The translations under genes and the position numbers were made by a program. A DNA stretch of 64,000 nt from Microscilla marina ATCC 23134 (lineage in GTDB: Bacteria; Bacteroidota; Bacteroidia; Cytophagales; Microscillaceae). The number at the start of each line of letters is the position of its first letter. Position 1 is the stretch's first letter. Positions 20,387 through 28,968 of this stretch are shown here, piece after piece. The stretch lies in NCBI RefSeq assembly GCF_000169175.1, contig NZ_AAWS01000006.1:199192-263191 (forward strand). Reading direction: 5' to 3'. The notes below the pieces were generated by a model that ran no database searches, had not been told where the DNA came from, and saw nothing but the letters and a program-made list of their open reading frames with translations.

Positions 20387-21244
20387 TTAAAATGTTTGAC
20401 CTTCGAGCTGGGTTAGTTGAATACTCATATTCCAGACTTTTTCGGCGTATGCCTCATTAAGTGCATCTTTGTTAGGTGTTTTTTGTTTTTTATTGGCAAA
20501 GTACTTACCCGATATGTTGGCCACCTTAGGCGAACTAGCCAAGTATATAGAGGTAGCAGCTCCTTTGACTGGGTTAATCATAAAAGGCTTGGCTAGAGCA
20601 AATATTACTTTAGTAAAGCCCGATAAGTTTTTCGAAAAGTTAGTGCGTACTACTCCAGGGTGTAAAGCGTTTACTGTAATGGAGGTATTGGCCAAACGCT
20701 TGGCTAAGGCAATAGTAAAATGAATGTTGAGTAATTTTGAAATTGAGTAAGCTTTCATAGGAGTATAACCTTGTTCTAGTTGCAGGTTATTGATGTCAAA
20801 GTCAATAAACTTATGAGCGTCTGATGACACATTGATAATGCGTGCTGTGGGACTTGCCAATAAAGATGGCTTTAATAAATTGGTAAGCATAAAGTAGCCT
20901 AAATGGTTAACTGCTACAGTTTGTTCTATACCATCTGGAGTAGTTTGTCGAGTGGTACCAGCTGCAATAAAACCAGCATTGTTTATCAGTACATCTATAG
21001 CTGGGTAACGTTGGGTAAGTTCAACTGCCACTTTTTTTATTTGGGCTTGTATGCTAAAGTCGCATATAAAAATCTCTATGTTTTGATTACCACTTTCGTT
21101 GATAATTTCTTTTTTAGTCTCTTCAGCTTTGTTAGGGTTGCGGCAAACCATGGCTATAGTTGTTCCCTTTTTGGCAAGAGCGAGTGTGGTTTCTTTTCCA
21201 ATGCCAGCGTTAGCACCAGTTATAATACATACTTTATCTTTCAT
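20387..21244 (-). CDS. SDR-family short-chain dehydrogenase/reductase
   Basis: TGANAGIG cofactor motif, NNAG, and a YxxxK catalytic pair. Confidence 0.8.
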   Translation of the reverse strand: MKDKVCIITGANAGIGKETTLALAKKGTTIAMVCRNPNKAEETKKEIINESGNQNIEIFICDFSIQAQIKKVAVELTQRYPAIDVLINNAGFIAAGTTRQTTPDGIEQTVAVNHLGYFMLTNLLKPSLLASPTARIINVSSDAHKFIDFDINNLQLEQGYTPMKAYSISKLLNIHFTIALAKRLANTSITVNALHPGVVRTNFSKNLSGFTKVIFALAKPFMINPVKGAATSIYLASSPKVANISGKYFANKKQKTPNKDALNEAYAEKVWNMSIQLTQLEGQTF

Positions 21245-21379
21245 AATGAGTAAGGGTTATTTGGGTGGTAATATACATATATAATATGAAGGGGTAATTT
21301 ACTTTTGGACAAAATGTCCATAGGTAAATAGAAAGTAAATAATAGAAGATACATGAAATAATAAAAACCAGGAAAAGAT

Positions 21380-21760
21380 GAATAGGTTAGAAAAACAAGC
21401 CACTAAGGAACGTGATCGCCCCGTAAACGGGATTTCGGGCATAGCCCTCAACAATAACCCCGATAAGAAATCGGGACTTTGAAGCTGTCCGATTTAGAAC
21501 AAATTAGCTTCGCAGAGCTTGAACTTCGTTCTGCGGTTCTCTTTACTGACTTTCGTTACTTTTAGCCTTTGGCAGAGCCCTGCTGCGCCGAGCTCTGCCA
21601 TCGGTTTTCGCCGTAGCTATGGCTACGCCTGCAAAAAGTGCCTCAGTCAGTCTTGAATATATGCCCTCAATCTCGACACTTATTTTGAACATGTTCCTAA
21701 ACTTTGGAAAACTTATGATGACTCTGAGGTTTTTTGGAAAAGGTATGAGCAACTATATAC
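21380..21760. other. GC-rich, hairpin-dense non-coding block (candidate structured RNA or element relic)
   Basis: Local GC is well above the window average. It contains at least five discrete stem-loops: GGCAGAGC..GCTCTGCC, CGTAGC-tatg-GCTACG, CGCAGA..TCTGCG, CCCGAT..ATCGGG and CCCCG..CGGG. There is no convincing ORF. Confidence 0.25.
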
Positions 21761-22083
21761 ACAAGAGGTGAGTTTAAATACTACATCCAAGCAAAAGCTG
21801 AGGGCTGGTTCGCTGGATTTTTCTGAGTTAAGTTTTAGGGTGGCAAAAGTGAAGTGGCAAAACATATTACTTTGTATAGGCATGAGTATATGTCTCTATG
21901 TAACTATTATGTGGAACTATACAACCAAAACCACGACTAGTGTAACAAGAGTAGGTTTAGGCTTATCAGAGGTTCCATCTGATATTTTACAGATGAGTAA
22001 TTTACGATATATGTTATTTGAAAGCCTACGTGCTTCAGCCGTGGGATGAAAAATAATTGCTCCTGGAAGAAGCACATTCAGCG

Positions 22084-22482
22084 TCAAACATTTTTTTGAT
22101 TTTCAATATATTTCTTGATGTTTTTTTCTGAAATACGCCCTACCGACTCAATGTAGTACGATCTTGTCCAAAGGGTTGGAAGTCTGCTTCTTAGTTTTGG
22201 GAATTCTTTTCTCAAATAGCGACTGGTATACCCCTTCAGTTGCCCAACAATGAAATGAGGAGCATCTACAGGCTTGGCTTTGATGAAAAGGTGAACATGA
22301 TCTGTCATAGTCTCCATGGTTTGAATTTCAATGCCTAAGCTTTTTGCTTTTAGAAGCAAAAGTTCTTTGAGTCTTTTTTGTATTTCTTCAGTCAGGACTT
22401 TCCTGCGGTATTTTGGACACCAAATGATATGATAGCCAAGGCTGTAGACACTATTTTTAGAGCTTTTCCAACGTTTTTCCAT
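22084..22482 (-). CDS. tnpA: IS200/IS605 transposase TnpA (Y1 HUH)
   Basis: 132 aa with SLGYHIIWCPKYRR, the HUH block DHVHLFI and a catalytic Tyr region SYYIESVG. Confidence 0.85.
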   Translation of the reverse strand: MEKRWKSSKNSVYSLGYHIIWCPKYRRKVLTEEIQKRLKELLLLKAKSLGIEIQTMETMTDHVHLFIKAKPVDAPHFIVGQLKGYTSRYLRKEFPKLRSRLPTLWTRSYYIESVGRISEKNIKKYIENQKNV

Positions 22483-22539
22483 AGCTTAAATATAGTATTT
22501 AACTGTCAAATAAATAATATATTTTCCGTATATTGCATT

Positions 22540-23676
22540 ATGCTCCAAGTAGTTAAAACGTACAAATACAAGCTCCGAAATTTATCGGTTGCCCAAACTC
22601 AAAAGCTGAATAGTTGGGTGGGCGCCTGTCGTTTTGTGTACAACCTTGCTTTGGAGACAAAACAATACGTCTACAAAGCCTACGGGGTTAACTTGTCTCG
22701 CTTTGATTTGGATAAGGAGCTCAAAACCCTCAAGGATGTAGAGTGGATTAAGGATGTTCCTTCTCAAAGCCTCCAGGATGTGCTTCAAAGGCTTGAAAAA
22801 GCCTATCAATCTTTTTTCAAAGGGGGTGGTTTTCCTAAATGGGCAAAGAAAGGAAAGTACAACTCCATCACTCTTAAATCGGTCAATTGGGATAACTGCG
22901 AAAAAGGTCGTTTTGTCCTCCCAAAACTTGGTGAAGTCAAAACCTTCTACTCCCGCGAAATACCAAAAGAAGCCAAACTCAGACGAGCAACCATCATCAA
23001 AGAATCGGATGGCTTCTATATTTCTATCATGTTTTCCACCACCATCCAACCGCTTCCCAGTAATAACCAAACTGTGGGCTTGGATTGGGGTGTAGAGCAT
23101 TTTTTAACAACTTCTGATAGTGAGCACATTGCCAATCCGCGCCTTTTTCAACGCTACCAAAAAAAGCTCAGGGTTGAAAAACGAAGCCTTTCCCGCAAAA
23201 AGAAAGGCGAGAGCAACTTCAAGAAGCAAGCCCGAAAACTGGCTAAACTTCAGACTAAAATTGCCCGTATTCGTAACGATTTTCAACACAAAATCAGCAC
23301 AGGCTTAATACTCAAATATGGCTCTATTTCGGTTGAAAACCTCAAAGTTCGCAACATGACTGGTAGTGCCAAAGGCAATGCTGAAGAACCAGGTAAAAAT
23401 GTTAAAGCCAAAGCAGGTCTTAACCGTGCTATCCTGGACACTGCTCCTTCTATGTTCTTGGACAAATTGGAATACAAGTCCAAGTGGCATGGACGAACTT
23501 TTGTCAAGATTAACCCAAAACATACCTCTCAGATATGTTCTGAATGTGGACACAAAGACAAAGAAAGTAGGATAACACAAGCTAAATTTGTGTGTAGCTC
23601 CTGTAATACCGAACTAAATGCAGATGTCAATGCTGCAAAAAATATTGAGGCAAGGGCTTTTGCCTCTATCCGTTAA
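22540..23676 (+). CDS. tnpB: TnpB (IS605 OrfB, RuvC-like RNA-guided nuclease family)
   Basis: Start at the ATG MLQVVKTYKYKL (22540). The N-terminus is OrfB-like. The C-terminal zinc finger is CSECGH..CSSC and is followed by NADVNAAKNI. Confidence 0.85.
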   Translation: MLQVVKTYKYKLRNLSVAQTQKLNSWVGACRFVYNLALETKQYVYKAYGVNLSRFDLDKELKTLKDVEWIKDVPSQSLQDVLQRLEKAYQSFFKGGGFPKWAKKGKYNSITLKSVNWDNCEKGRFVLPKLGEVKTFYSREIPKEAKLRRATIIKESDGFYISIMFSTTIQPLPSNNQTVGLDWGVEHFLTTSDSEHIANPRLFQRYQKKLRVEKRSLSRKKKGESNFKKQARKLAKLQTKIARIRNDFQHKISTGLILKYGSISVENLKVRNMTGSAKGNAEEPGKNVKAKAGLNRAILDTAPSMFLDKLEYKSKWHGRTFVKINPKHTSQICSECGHKDKESRITQAKFVCSSCNTELNADVNAAKNIEARAFASIR

Positions 23677-23724
23677 CGTGAACTATTGAGTTGTGCGTTG
23701 GGTAAGAATCCCCTCTGATTTAGC

Positions 23725-24057
23725 TTGGGGAGTAGTCAAAATGTTCCCGATTTGTTGTTGCAGTTGGACCAAAAGGTAAAAGAGCTTATTAGACTTAAGG
23801 TAAAGCTTACACAAGCCAACACAGTAGTGCAAGATAAAATATATGAAATAGGTGAGTTGAAATCAATGATTACTTTTTACCGTGAAATATCGGTGAAGCA
23901 AGGAAAAGTAAACATAGGTTATAATAATGAGTTGGTAGCGTATGAGGCTCAGTTTAAACAAAGAGACAAAGATGAAGCTATAGAAAAACTGGAGCAACGC
24001 ATTATGAAACTACAAGATGAGCTAGATACATTTAACTATACCACATCAATTAGCTAA
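23725..24057 (+). pseudogene. Coiled-coil ORF without ATG start, abutting the IS right end (possible 3' remnant of a disrupted gene)
   Basis: The ORF opens with TTG inside the IS terminal hairpin. There is no in-frame ATG until residue 48, and heptad-like K/E/L periodicity runs throughout. Confidence 0.25.
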
Positions 24058-24444
24058 AAATATAAACACTGAAAGCCATTATTTTCTTAGAATCAATAGA
24101 ACAAGATACAGCCTAAAGCTTCAGAGAAGCAGCTGTTGTAAGGGAAAGTACATTGGGCAAACATTGAGGTATATCAAGTCAATCATATCAAAGTTCAATG
24201 CTTGGTGGCAAAAATCAATTTTCATATTTCACAACACAAGATTCAGTCTATTTGATTGTATAAGTGGAGTATTGGTAAGTAGGTGTTTTTGTTTCACAAC
24301 ATCTAAACACTTTTGGGCAAAATGTCCGAAAGTGTTTTTTGCTTTAGGATGTCTTCAAAATACTTGTTTGGTTACTCTGCACAATTTATGAGAAATGGCT
24401 AACTTCCCTTTTTACAAAGTTTATCAATACAAATCAAATTAAAC

Positions 24445-24978
24445 ATGGCTTTAATAAAATCAGCACGAGGGTTTACTCCTCAGTATGGTGATAACTGTTT
24501 TTTGGCAGAAAACGCCACCTTGGTAGGAAACATCATTGCAGGAGATGACTGCACCTTTTGGTTTAATTGTGTAGTAAGGGGTGATGTAAGTGCCATACGT
24601 ATGGGTAACCAGGTAAATGTACAAGATGGAGCAGTGGTGCATGCTACTTATCAACGTAGTGAAACGATTATTGGCAACAATGTATCTATTGCTCATAATG
24701 CTATAGTGCATGGCTGTACCATCGAAGACAATGTGTTGATAGGCATGGGAGCCATTGTGATGGATGGGGCCATGATTAAGTCTGGATCTATCATTGGGGC
24801 AGGGGCGATAGTATTACAAAACATGGTGGTAGAGTCTGGTACTGTGTGGGCTGGCAACCCAGCAAAATTACTCAAAGAAGCGAAAGATCTTACCAGTGAG
24901 ATCACACGAATTGCTTCGGCTTATCCCAAATATGCCCGTTGGTTTATGGAAGGTGCCCACGCTGGTAATGATGAGTAA
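24445..24978 (+). CDS. Gamma-class carbonic anhydrase family / hexapeptide-repeat protein (YrdA/PaaY-like)
   Basis: 177 aa. The blocks FWFNCVVRGDV and IRMGNQVNVQDGAVVH and the hexapeptide repeats match the gamma-CA family. Confidence 0.8.
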   Translation: MALIKSARGFTPQYGDNCFLAENATLVGNIIAGDDCTFWFNCVVRGDVSAIRMGNQVNVQDGAVVHATYQRSETIIGNNVSIAHNAIVHGCTIEDNVLIGMGAIVMDGAMIKSGSIIGAGAIVLQNMVVESGTVWAGNPAKLLKEAKDLTSEITRIASAYPKYARWFMEGAHAGNDE

Positions 24979-25000
24979 CAAAATGCGTTGATGCCCAAAA

Positions 25001-25023
25001 GCCCTTACAACCTCTGGACTTTT
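25001..25023. repeat. Perfect palindrome CCTCTGGAC-TTTTT-GTCCAGAGG (member of the CTGGAC-N5-GTCCAG motif family)
   Basis: Related copies occur at 20364-20380, 21306-21320 and 24314-24329. Confidence 0.6.
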
Positions 25024-25035
25024 TGTCCAGAGGTA

Positions 25036-25611
25036 CTAATAAGCAGCCCCAATCCTTTTGATTATTTGTGAGTTAATCAATTGATAGAGTTTTAAAGGTT
25101 TCATTGTTCGCCAGTTATCTATTTCAAGTGAGCCCCCAAAGTTGATGTAGTAATCTATGTTGTATTGTTTCCATTGATCTATTACAAAGTCGCGAAAGTT
25201 GAATGCGGCTATCCAGCCTTCTTCTATATCTTCAAACCATTCTTCATAATAACAGTCATCGGAGCCATGAAAATTGAGCACATTCTCGCCTACCAGTAAA
25301 AACTGATTAATCCCGTGTCCAGTAAGGTTGTCAATCACACATCTTTTTAAATGCATAATATCATTATGTAGTGTGTCATTCCATTCGCCAAAAAGTTCTA
25401 TAATCGCATAACGCCTATTATAATCTACAAAAAGTATCTTTACATATAGCGTCTCAGAACCTATCCAATCCCAAAGAGGGTGAATGTAGTATCCATAAAT
25501 ATCATTGGTATAATGTTGAACATTATACTCTCGTCCGAAAAAAGGAGAACGCATATCTCTGCAAGCCTGATAAGCATTCTCCCAATTGTAAAAAGGTTCT
25601 ATTGTGTGCAT
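25036..25611 (-). CDS. Hypothetical Trp/Tyr-rich cytoplasmic protein
   Basis: 191-aa ORF with no recognised motif. Confidence 0.45.
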   Translation of the reverse strand: MHTIEPFYNWENAYQACRDMRSPFFGREYNVQHYTNDIYGYYIHPLWDWIGSETLYVKILFVDYNRRYAIIELFGEWNDTLHNDIMHLKRCVIDNLTGHGINQFLLVGENVLNFHGSDDCYYEEWFEDIEEGWIAAFNFRDFVIDQWKQYNIDYYINFGGSLEIDNWRTMKPLKLYQLINSQIIKRIGAAY

Positions 25612-25820
25612 GTTTCTGTAATGTTGTTGGCAAAAGCACTGATAAACTTGTAATGCTTTTATATCTATAAAAATACGAAATAATCAGGGGTTTACAAATG
25701 ATATAGGCCAGAGTGGGGGAATGTATTTCAGGAATACATGTAATAAAAAAGCAGCTTTGAAATTAGACCCAAAACTGCTTTTTTATTTTAAATAAATTTA
25801 TTTCTATGCTATACAAGTGA

Positions 25821-26984
25821 TTAGTTTTCGTATAACCCAAAACCTATTCCTGTACTTAATGTGTTATAATCTTGTGTGCCAGTAGCGTAGTCAACAAATA
25901 AACTAAATACCCCTAACTTAAGGCGTACCCCTAGATTAAAACTGGCTTGTCTAAAGCTATGAGTTACTGTATAGGGATCAGTGATTTCGGCAATGACAGT
26001 ATCTCCAAAAGTGAGGCTGTTAGGATCATTGTCTTGTATTGTAATGGGGTAGTTGCCTAAAATTTCAAACCTGGTGGAAGAAGTTTGGAACCATAAGCCT
26101 CCATAAAATGTGATGATAGGGAACTTTCGTGAAAACAATAAACCAGCATGAAATGCATCAACTGTAAAGTTGAGTTGTTGGTTGGTAAAGTTGCTGTAGT
26201 CTGGTTTGGCACTGACGCCTTGCAATACCAAAGTGGTGTCAGTAGGAGTAAGTGCTGTGTTGGACTTGATATTGGCATGACTAAAACCCATAGCCAGTGA
26301 AAACTTAACCGGCCAAAGGTTAAAACCTGGAATCCACTGTTGAAAATCGTGCTTAAGTCCTACTCCCCATAAACCTATTTTAGTTTTACCTTCAGAGTTA
26401 TCTAATATATCTTGGTTATTATCAAATGCTAGTGGAGGAGCAAAACGGATAGATAGTTCTGTACCCCATAATAATCCTAAATTAAATTGAACGGCTGGTA
26501 CAGGGGCAAAATTAAAGCCTACACCGTCGGGTAAGGTAAGCAAAGCGGGTGAGTTGTTGTCAGTGTCTACACCTTGAGGGAAATACCTAACAGTGCTGCC
26601 TTGGTTTGAACTTAATAATCCAGCAGTAGTGGATGACTCAGGGTCAAACAAAAAAGAGTTACTGAGTTCTAAAGCATTCAAGTCTAGTGTTTGATCCTGT
26701 TCAGGGGTAAAAGTGGCTGAAGTCACAATCCTTACATCAAACCTTCCAACACGCATAGGTTCTGCTACATTATGCCAACCATGATTCATAGCCGTACCAG
26801 CTGCTTTACTTATAGGCTTATAGTAGCCATCCATTAATTTGTTAAAATCAGATTGTGTTGTGTTCAATATCTGGACTAAATCAGTTTGGGCATAAACAAT
26901 GCTTTCAGAAAAAAACATCCAACAGCTGAGAAATACCATTGCTGCTTTTTGCCAGATAGATAGGTAATAAGTTTTCATAAACAT
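25821..26984 (-). CDS. Hypothetical secreted / outer-membrane protein
   Basis: Has a signal peptide and a beta-rich composition with alternating hydrophobics toward the C-terminus. Confidence 0.45.
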   Translation of the reverse strand: MFMKTYYLSIWQKAAMVFLSCWMFFSESIVYAQTDLVQILNTTQSDFNKLMDGYYKPISKAAGTAMNHGWHNVAEPMRVGRFDVRIVTSATFTPEQDQTLDLNALELSNSFLFDPESSTTAGLLSSNQGSTVRYFPQGVDTDNNSPALLTLPDGVGFNFAPVPAVQFNLGLLWGTELSIRFAPPLAFDNNQDILDNSEGKTKIGLWGVGLKHDFQQWIPGFNLWPVKFSLAMGFSHANIKSNTALTPTDTTLVLQGVSAKPDYSNFTNQQLNFTVDAFHAGLLFSRKFPIITFYGGLWFQTSSTRFEILGNYPITIQDNDPNSLTFGDTVIAEITDPYTVTHSFRQASFNLGVRLKLGVFSLFVDYATGTQDYNTLSTGIGFGLYEN

Positions 26985-27022
26985 TTTTGATTTAGTTAGT
27001 AATCGATCTGATGTACTTAGGT

Positions 27023-27880
27023 TTATTGTTTTTTGTAATTATCTACTGCCTTTCTAACGCTGCCAAATTGTGTAAGTAATTTTTCAGCCTCATTATATTC
27101 TATTTGTAGCTCATTCATTACCATACGTGTGCCTCGGTCTACCAGCTTAGTATTGGATAGCTGCATGTCTACCATCTTATTTCCTTTTACTCTGCCAAGT
27201 TGAATCATCACAGAAGTCGAGATCATATTTAGTACCAGTTTTTGAGCTGTTCCTGCTTTCATTCGGGTACTCCCCGTAACAAACTCGGGTCCTACTATTA
27301 CTTCTATAGCTACTTCTACTGCATTTGCCAGTGCACTATTTTTATTACAGGTAATACACCCAGTAAATACTCCATTTTTTCGAGCGTCACTTACTCCACC
27401 TATTACATAAGGAGTACGCCCCGAAGCAGCAATGCCAATCAATGTATCTTTGTCATTGATATTGTGTTTTTTTAAATCTTGCCAGGCTTGATCTATATCA
27501 TCTTCTGCAAACTCTACTGCTTTTCGAATGGCAGTATCCCCACCTGCAATTAAACCAGTAACCCATTCATGGGGTACCCCAAAAGTGGGAGGGCACTCTG
27601 ACGCATCTACAATGCCTAACCTGCCACTGGTACCTGCACCTATATAAAACAGGCGTCCCCCTTGTTGCATTCTTTTTACAATACCTACTACCAATGCCTC
27701 AATGTTGGGTATACAAGGCTTTATGGCTAGAGGCACTGTTTGATCTTCACGATTAATATTAGTGAGTAATGCACTGATTGACATCTGTTCCAGGTGTTCA
27801 TAGTTAGATGAAGATTCAGTAGTAGATTTTGATTCGTTTGTCATGACAGAAGTGTTTAAATGTTTAGAGTTGTTCTTCAT
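27023..27880 (-). CDS. murQ: N-acetylmuramic acid 6-phosphate etherase
   Basis: SIS-domain block GRLFYIGAGTSGRLGIVDASECPPTFG is diagnostic. The start may instead be the internal ATG (MTNES) at about 27844. Confidence 0.8.
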   Translation of the reverse strand: MKNNSKHLNTSVMTNESKSTTESSSNYEHLEQMSISALLTNINREDQTVPLAIKPCIPNIEALVVGIVKRMQQGGRLFYIGAGTSGRLGIVDASECPPTFGVPHEWVTGLIAGGDTAIRKAVEFAEDDIDQAWQDLKKHNINDKDTLIGIAASGRTPYVIGGVSDARKNGVFTGCITCNKNSALANAVEVAIEVIVGPEFVTGSTRMKAGTAQKLVLNMISTSVMIQLGRVKGNKMVDMQLSNTKLVDRGTRMVMNELQIEYNEAEKLLTQFGSVRKAVDNYKKQ

Positions 27881-28706
27881 GGTAAAGGGTTAGCCCAGCA
27901 ATAGGTGTTTCTAGTACATTACCTACATGTATATTTTTGTCATTGGCTACCTGTCGCAATATATTGCTAAAGTAAAATGCAATTGAGCCTACAAAATGTA
28001 CCCGGTGTTGTTGTGCATCTTTAAGGGTAAGTACGTGCTTGTCGAAAAAAACAGCAAAGCAGTCATAAATCAATTTGTATATTGTGGGCTGTTTTTGGTA
28101 ATCAAACAAAAACTTAGTAAAAGATGCAACATAGCGATTGGGGTAGGGTTTGTGGTAGAGGTTTTCTAATACTTCATCTCGAGTAACTTTAGGGTACCTT
28201 TTGGCAAATTTTTGGGTGAGCTCAATAGGAAGTGCGCCATACAAAAAATGAGTAAGTAGTATCTTTCCTAGGTGATAACCACTACCTTCGTCTCCTAGCA
28301 AGTAGCCTAGGTTGATCGCTTGTTGGCTAATTTGAGCACCATCGTATAAACTAGCGTTTGATCCTGTGCCCAAAATACAAGCAATACCTGCTTGGTGTCC
28401 ACATAATGCCCTAGCGGCTGCCAGCATATCGTGATAGACTGAAATAGAACTTTTTGGAAACAGAGAAGATAATACTTTTTGAGCAATAGCATAGTTTGTT
28501 TCTGTAGAACAACCTGCACCATAAAAGTGTACTTGCCTGATGGTGGCAGGTAGTTTTGGTAAAATTTGGTGCTGGACACTATTTATAAAATCGCCAGAGT
28601 CATAGTTGGGGTTAAACCCCTTACTTTGCATTTGGCTTATTTTTTTGTCAGTATCAATTACCCGCCAGTCGGTTTTTGTAGAACCACTATCAGCTATTAA
28701 AATCAT
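27864..28706 (-). CDS. BadF/BadG/BcrA/BcrD-type sugar kinase (MurNAc/GlcNAc kinase, MurK-like)
   Basis: MILIADSGSTKTDW matches the N-terminal ATPase motif. It lies immediately upstream of murQ and may overlap it, as in the Bacteroidota MurNAc-recycling operon. The track start (28730) is TTG. Confidence 0.65.
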   Translation of the reverse strand: MILIADSGSTKTDWRVIDTDKKISQMQSKGFNPNYDSGDFINSVQHQILPKLPATIRQVHFYGAGCSTETNYAIAQKVLSSLFPKSSISVYHDMLAAARALCGHQAGIACILGTGSNASLYDGAQISQQAINLGYLLGDEGSGYHLGKILLTHFLYGALPIELTQKFAKRYPKVTRDEVLENLYHKPYPNRYVASFTKFLFDYQKQPTIYKLIYDCFAVFFDKHVLTLKDAQQHRVHFVGSIAFYFSNILRQVANDKNIHVGNVLETPIAGLTLYHEEQL

Positions 28707-28968
28707 AGGGCTATTAAATAGATATATCAATTGAACACAAATATTTTGTAGAGAATGTGTACAATCAATATTTGTCTTATGTGTTTTTTAAAACAGTTTT
28801 TATTACTTTAACTTTCACAAAGCTTTTCAGCTTTATTGTTTTGGTAATATCTGCAAGATAGAAATTAATACATAAAGAGAATATATAGAATAGTTCTTGT
28901 ATTAAATTGACCTTTCTTGGATATACCTAAGCACTTGAAAAAGATTAAATTCGAAAAAATAAATTCTC

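Larger units (their letters stand above)
22000..23770. mobile_element. IS200/IS605-family insertion sequence (IS605-like, divergent tnpA/tnpB); boundaries approximate
   Basis: A Y1 HUH transposase and a TnpB/OrfB are arranged divergently with a 57-bp shared promoter region. A subterminal hairpin TCCCC..GGGGA lies after tnpB. Confidence 0.55.

Noticed and set aside
21380-21760. tmRNA, RNase P RNA or SRP RNA identity for the structured GC-rich block
   Set aside because: I could not find the tRNA-like GGTTCGA(A/T)TCC arm, an ALAA-type tag ORF, the RNase P blocks GGAAAGTCCGG and ACAGAACCCGGCTTA, or the SRP domain IV motif. I kept it only as an unassigned structured region.
21768-22049. 93-aa plus-strand ORF left of tnpA
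   Set aside because: It spans the GC-rich hairpin block and the presumed IS left end. It has no signal or motif and poor coding character, so it is likely spurious.
24164-24391. 75-aa ORF upstream of the gamma-CA gene
   Set aside because: It is Cys/Phe-rich, overlaps a CTGGAC-type palindrome, and has no support.
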